Below the pieces are notes generated by a model that was not told where the DNA came from, made no database searches, and saw nothing but the letters and a program-made list of their open reading frames with translations. A program made the translations under genes and the position numbers. DNA of 64,000 nucleotides from an uncultured Pseudomonadota bacterium (GTDB lineage Bacteria > Pseudomonadota > Alphaproteobacteria > Rs-D84): positions 203,191 through 267,190 of the forward strand of contig OOHM01000001.1 in assembly GCA_900320405.1 (NCBI GenBank), in the 5' to 3' direction. Shown one piece after another: positions 61,714 to 64,000 of this stretch; positions within the stretch are counted from its first letter, which is position 1; the number at the start of each line of letters is the position of its first letter.

Positions 61714-61757
61714 AGTTCGGGAATCAATGGAAAAAGATTTTTTGCGACCGTTATTTT

Positions 61758-61788
61758 CCGCCGGTTCGCCGGCGGGTTATTTTTTTGT
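61758..61788 (+). terminator. rho-independent terminator
   Basis: ccgccgg-ttcg-ccggcgg then gttattttttt. Confidence 0.6.
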
Positions 61789-61822
61789 TGAATTGTTGTT
61801 CATATTTGATAAAAATAATTCT

Positions 61823-62051
61823 GAATTCAATGGGAATTGAATTCGGGGCTGTGAGAGGCCTTTACAAACCCGGTGCAGGGCATCGTAATCCATCAAGATT
61901 CTTCGTATGTTTTGCATCGCGATAATTCCCCCGACATATTGTCGTCGGGGTGCCGGTGGTTATACAACAGGTTTATCCGAAAACCACCGGAATCACAGGT
62001 TTGTATGATTTCTCAACACCCCGACCGTCAATTTCTGTTGGCGGTTTTTTT
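61823..62051 (+). ncRNA. unclassified structured RNA element, copy B (same family as 29404..29612), free-standing between convergent genes
   Basis: Perfect 9-bp stem gaattcaat/attgaattc with GGGA loop. Conserved core cggggctgtgagaggcc..cccggtgcagggcatcgtaatcc. Stems ccccgac/gtcgggg and ccggtggtt/aaccaccgg. 3' hairpin plus U7. Confidence 0.6.
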
Positions 62052-62110
62052 ATGGTCGATGGTATCCCCATAAATCTCCACCGACCACCTTTTTTTGTTA
62101 TGATTAATTT

Positions 62111-64000
<1,890 letters not shown>

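Overview
This 64-kb window looks like chromosomal DNA from a moderately AT-rich Gram-negative bacterium. The gene content (BamA/BamD, MsbA, tandem VirB8-like genes, nucleotide-salvage genes, scattered orphan genes) fits an alphaproteobacterial intracellular symbiont or pathogen, though that guess is mine and not computed.

Housekeeping genes in the window: dnaB; the bamA–rseP–cdsA–uppS–frr block; comM; lepB–rnc; secG; tdk; htpX; a gene for an M23 peptidase; bamD; murJ; rlpA; a dCMP deaminase gene; era; queA; tgt; guaC; lysS; a CspA-like cold-shock gene; a LemA-family gene; the RNase J gene; ackA; msbA; rpsU; a class A PBP gene; and the 3' end of ligA. There are five tRNAs: Ala-GGC, Arg-ACG, Gly-GCC, Lys-TTT and Ala-TGC.

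Around and between these genes the window is strongly mosaic. The observations I consider most worth a second look are:

1. A degraded prophage at the left edge. Its terminase large-subunit gene is split into an ATPase half and a nuclease half by a 3.3-kb opposite-strand block carrying a CI-like repressor gene and dnaB.
2. An orphan module of a small lipoprotein gene followed by two tandem VirB8-like genes, which looks like part of a dispersed rvh-type type IV secretion system.
3. A 1431-aa protein with a central cluster of transmembrane helices and acidic Pro-rich repeats, followed by a beta-barrel outer-membrane protein.
4. An in-frame insertion of about 440 bp inside queA. It encodes a DUF559 (Vsr-like endonuclease) domain and is bounded by 38-nt GC-rich inverted repeats.
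5. A structured RNA of about 210-230 nt present twice, with compensatory base changes in three stems and a terminator-like 3' hairpin.
6. Three of the five tRNA genes (Gly, Arg, Lys) are followed by a terminator plus extra copies of their own 3'-terminal 13-22 nt, each again followed by a terminator. At tRNA-Gly this forms a tandem array of 112-bp units.
7. A family of secreted paralogs with conserved N- and C-terminal signatures.
8. Several large orphan proteins that could be effectors.

All calls come from reading the sequence and from motif memory. No database search was run.
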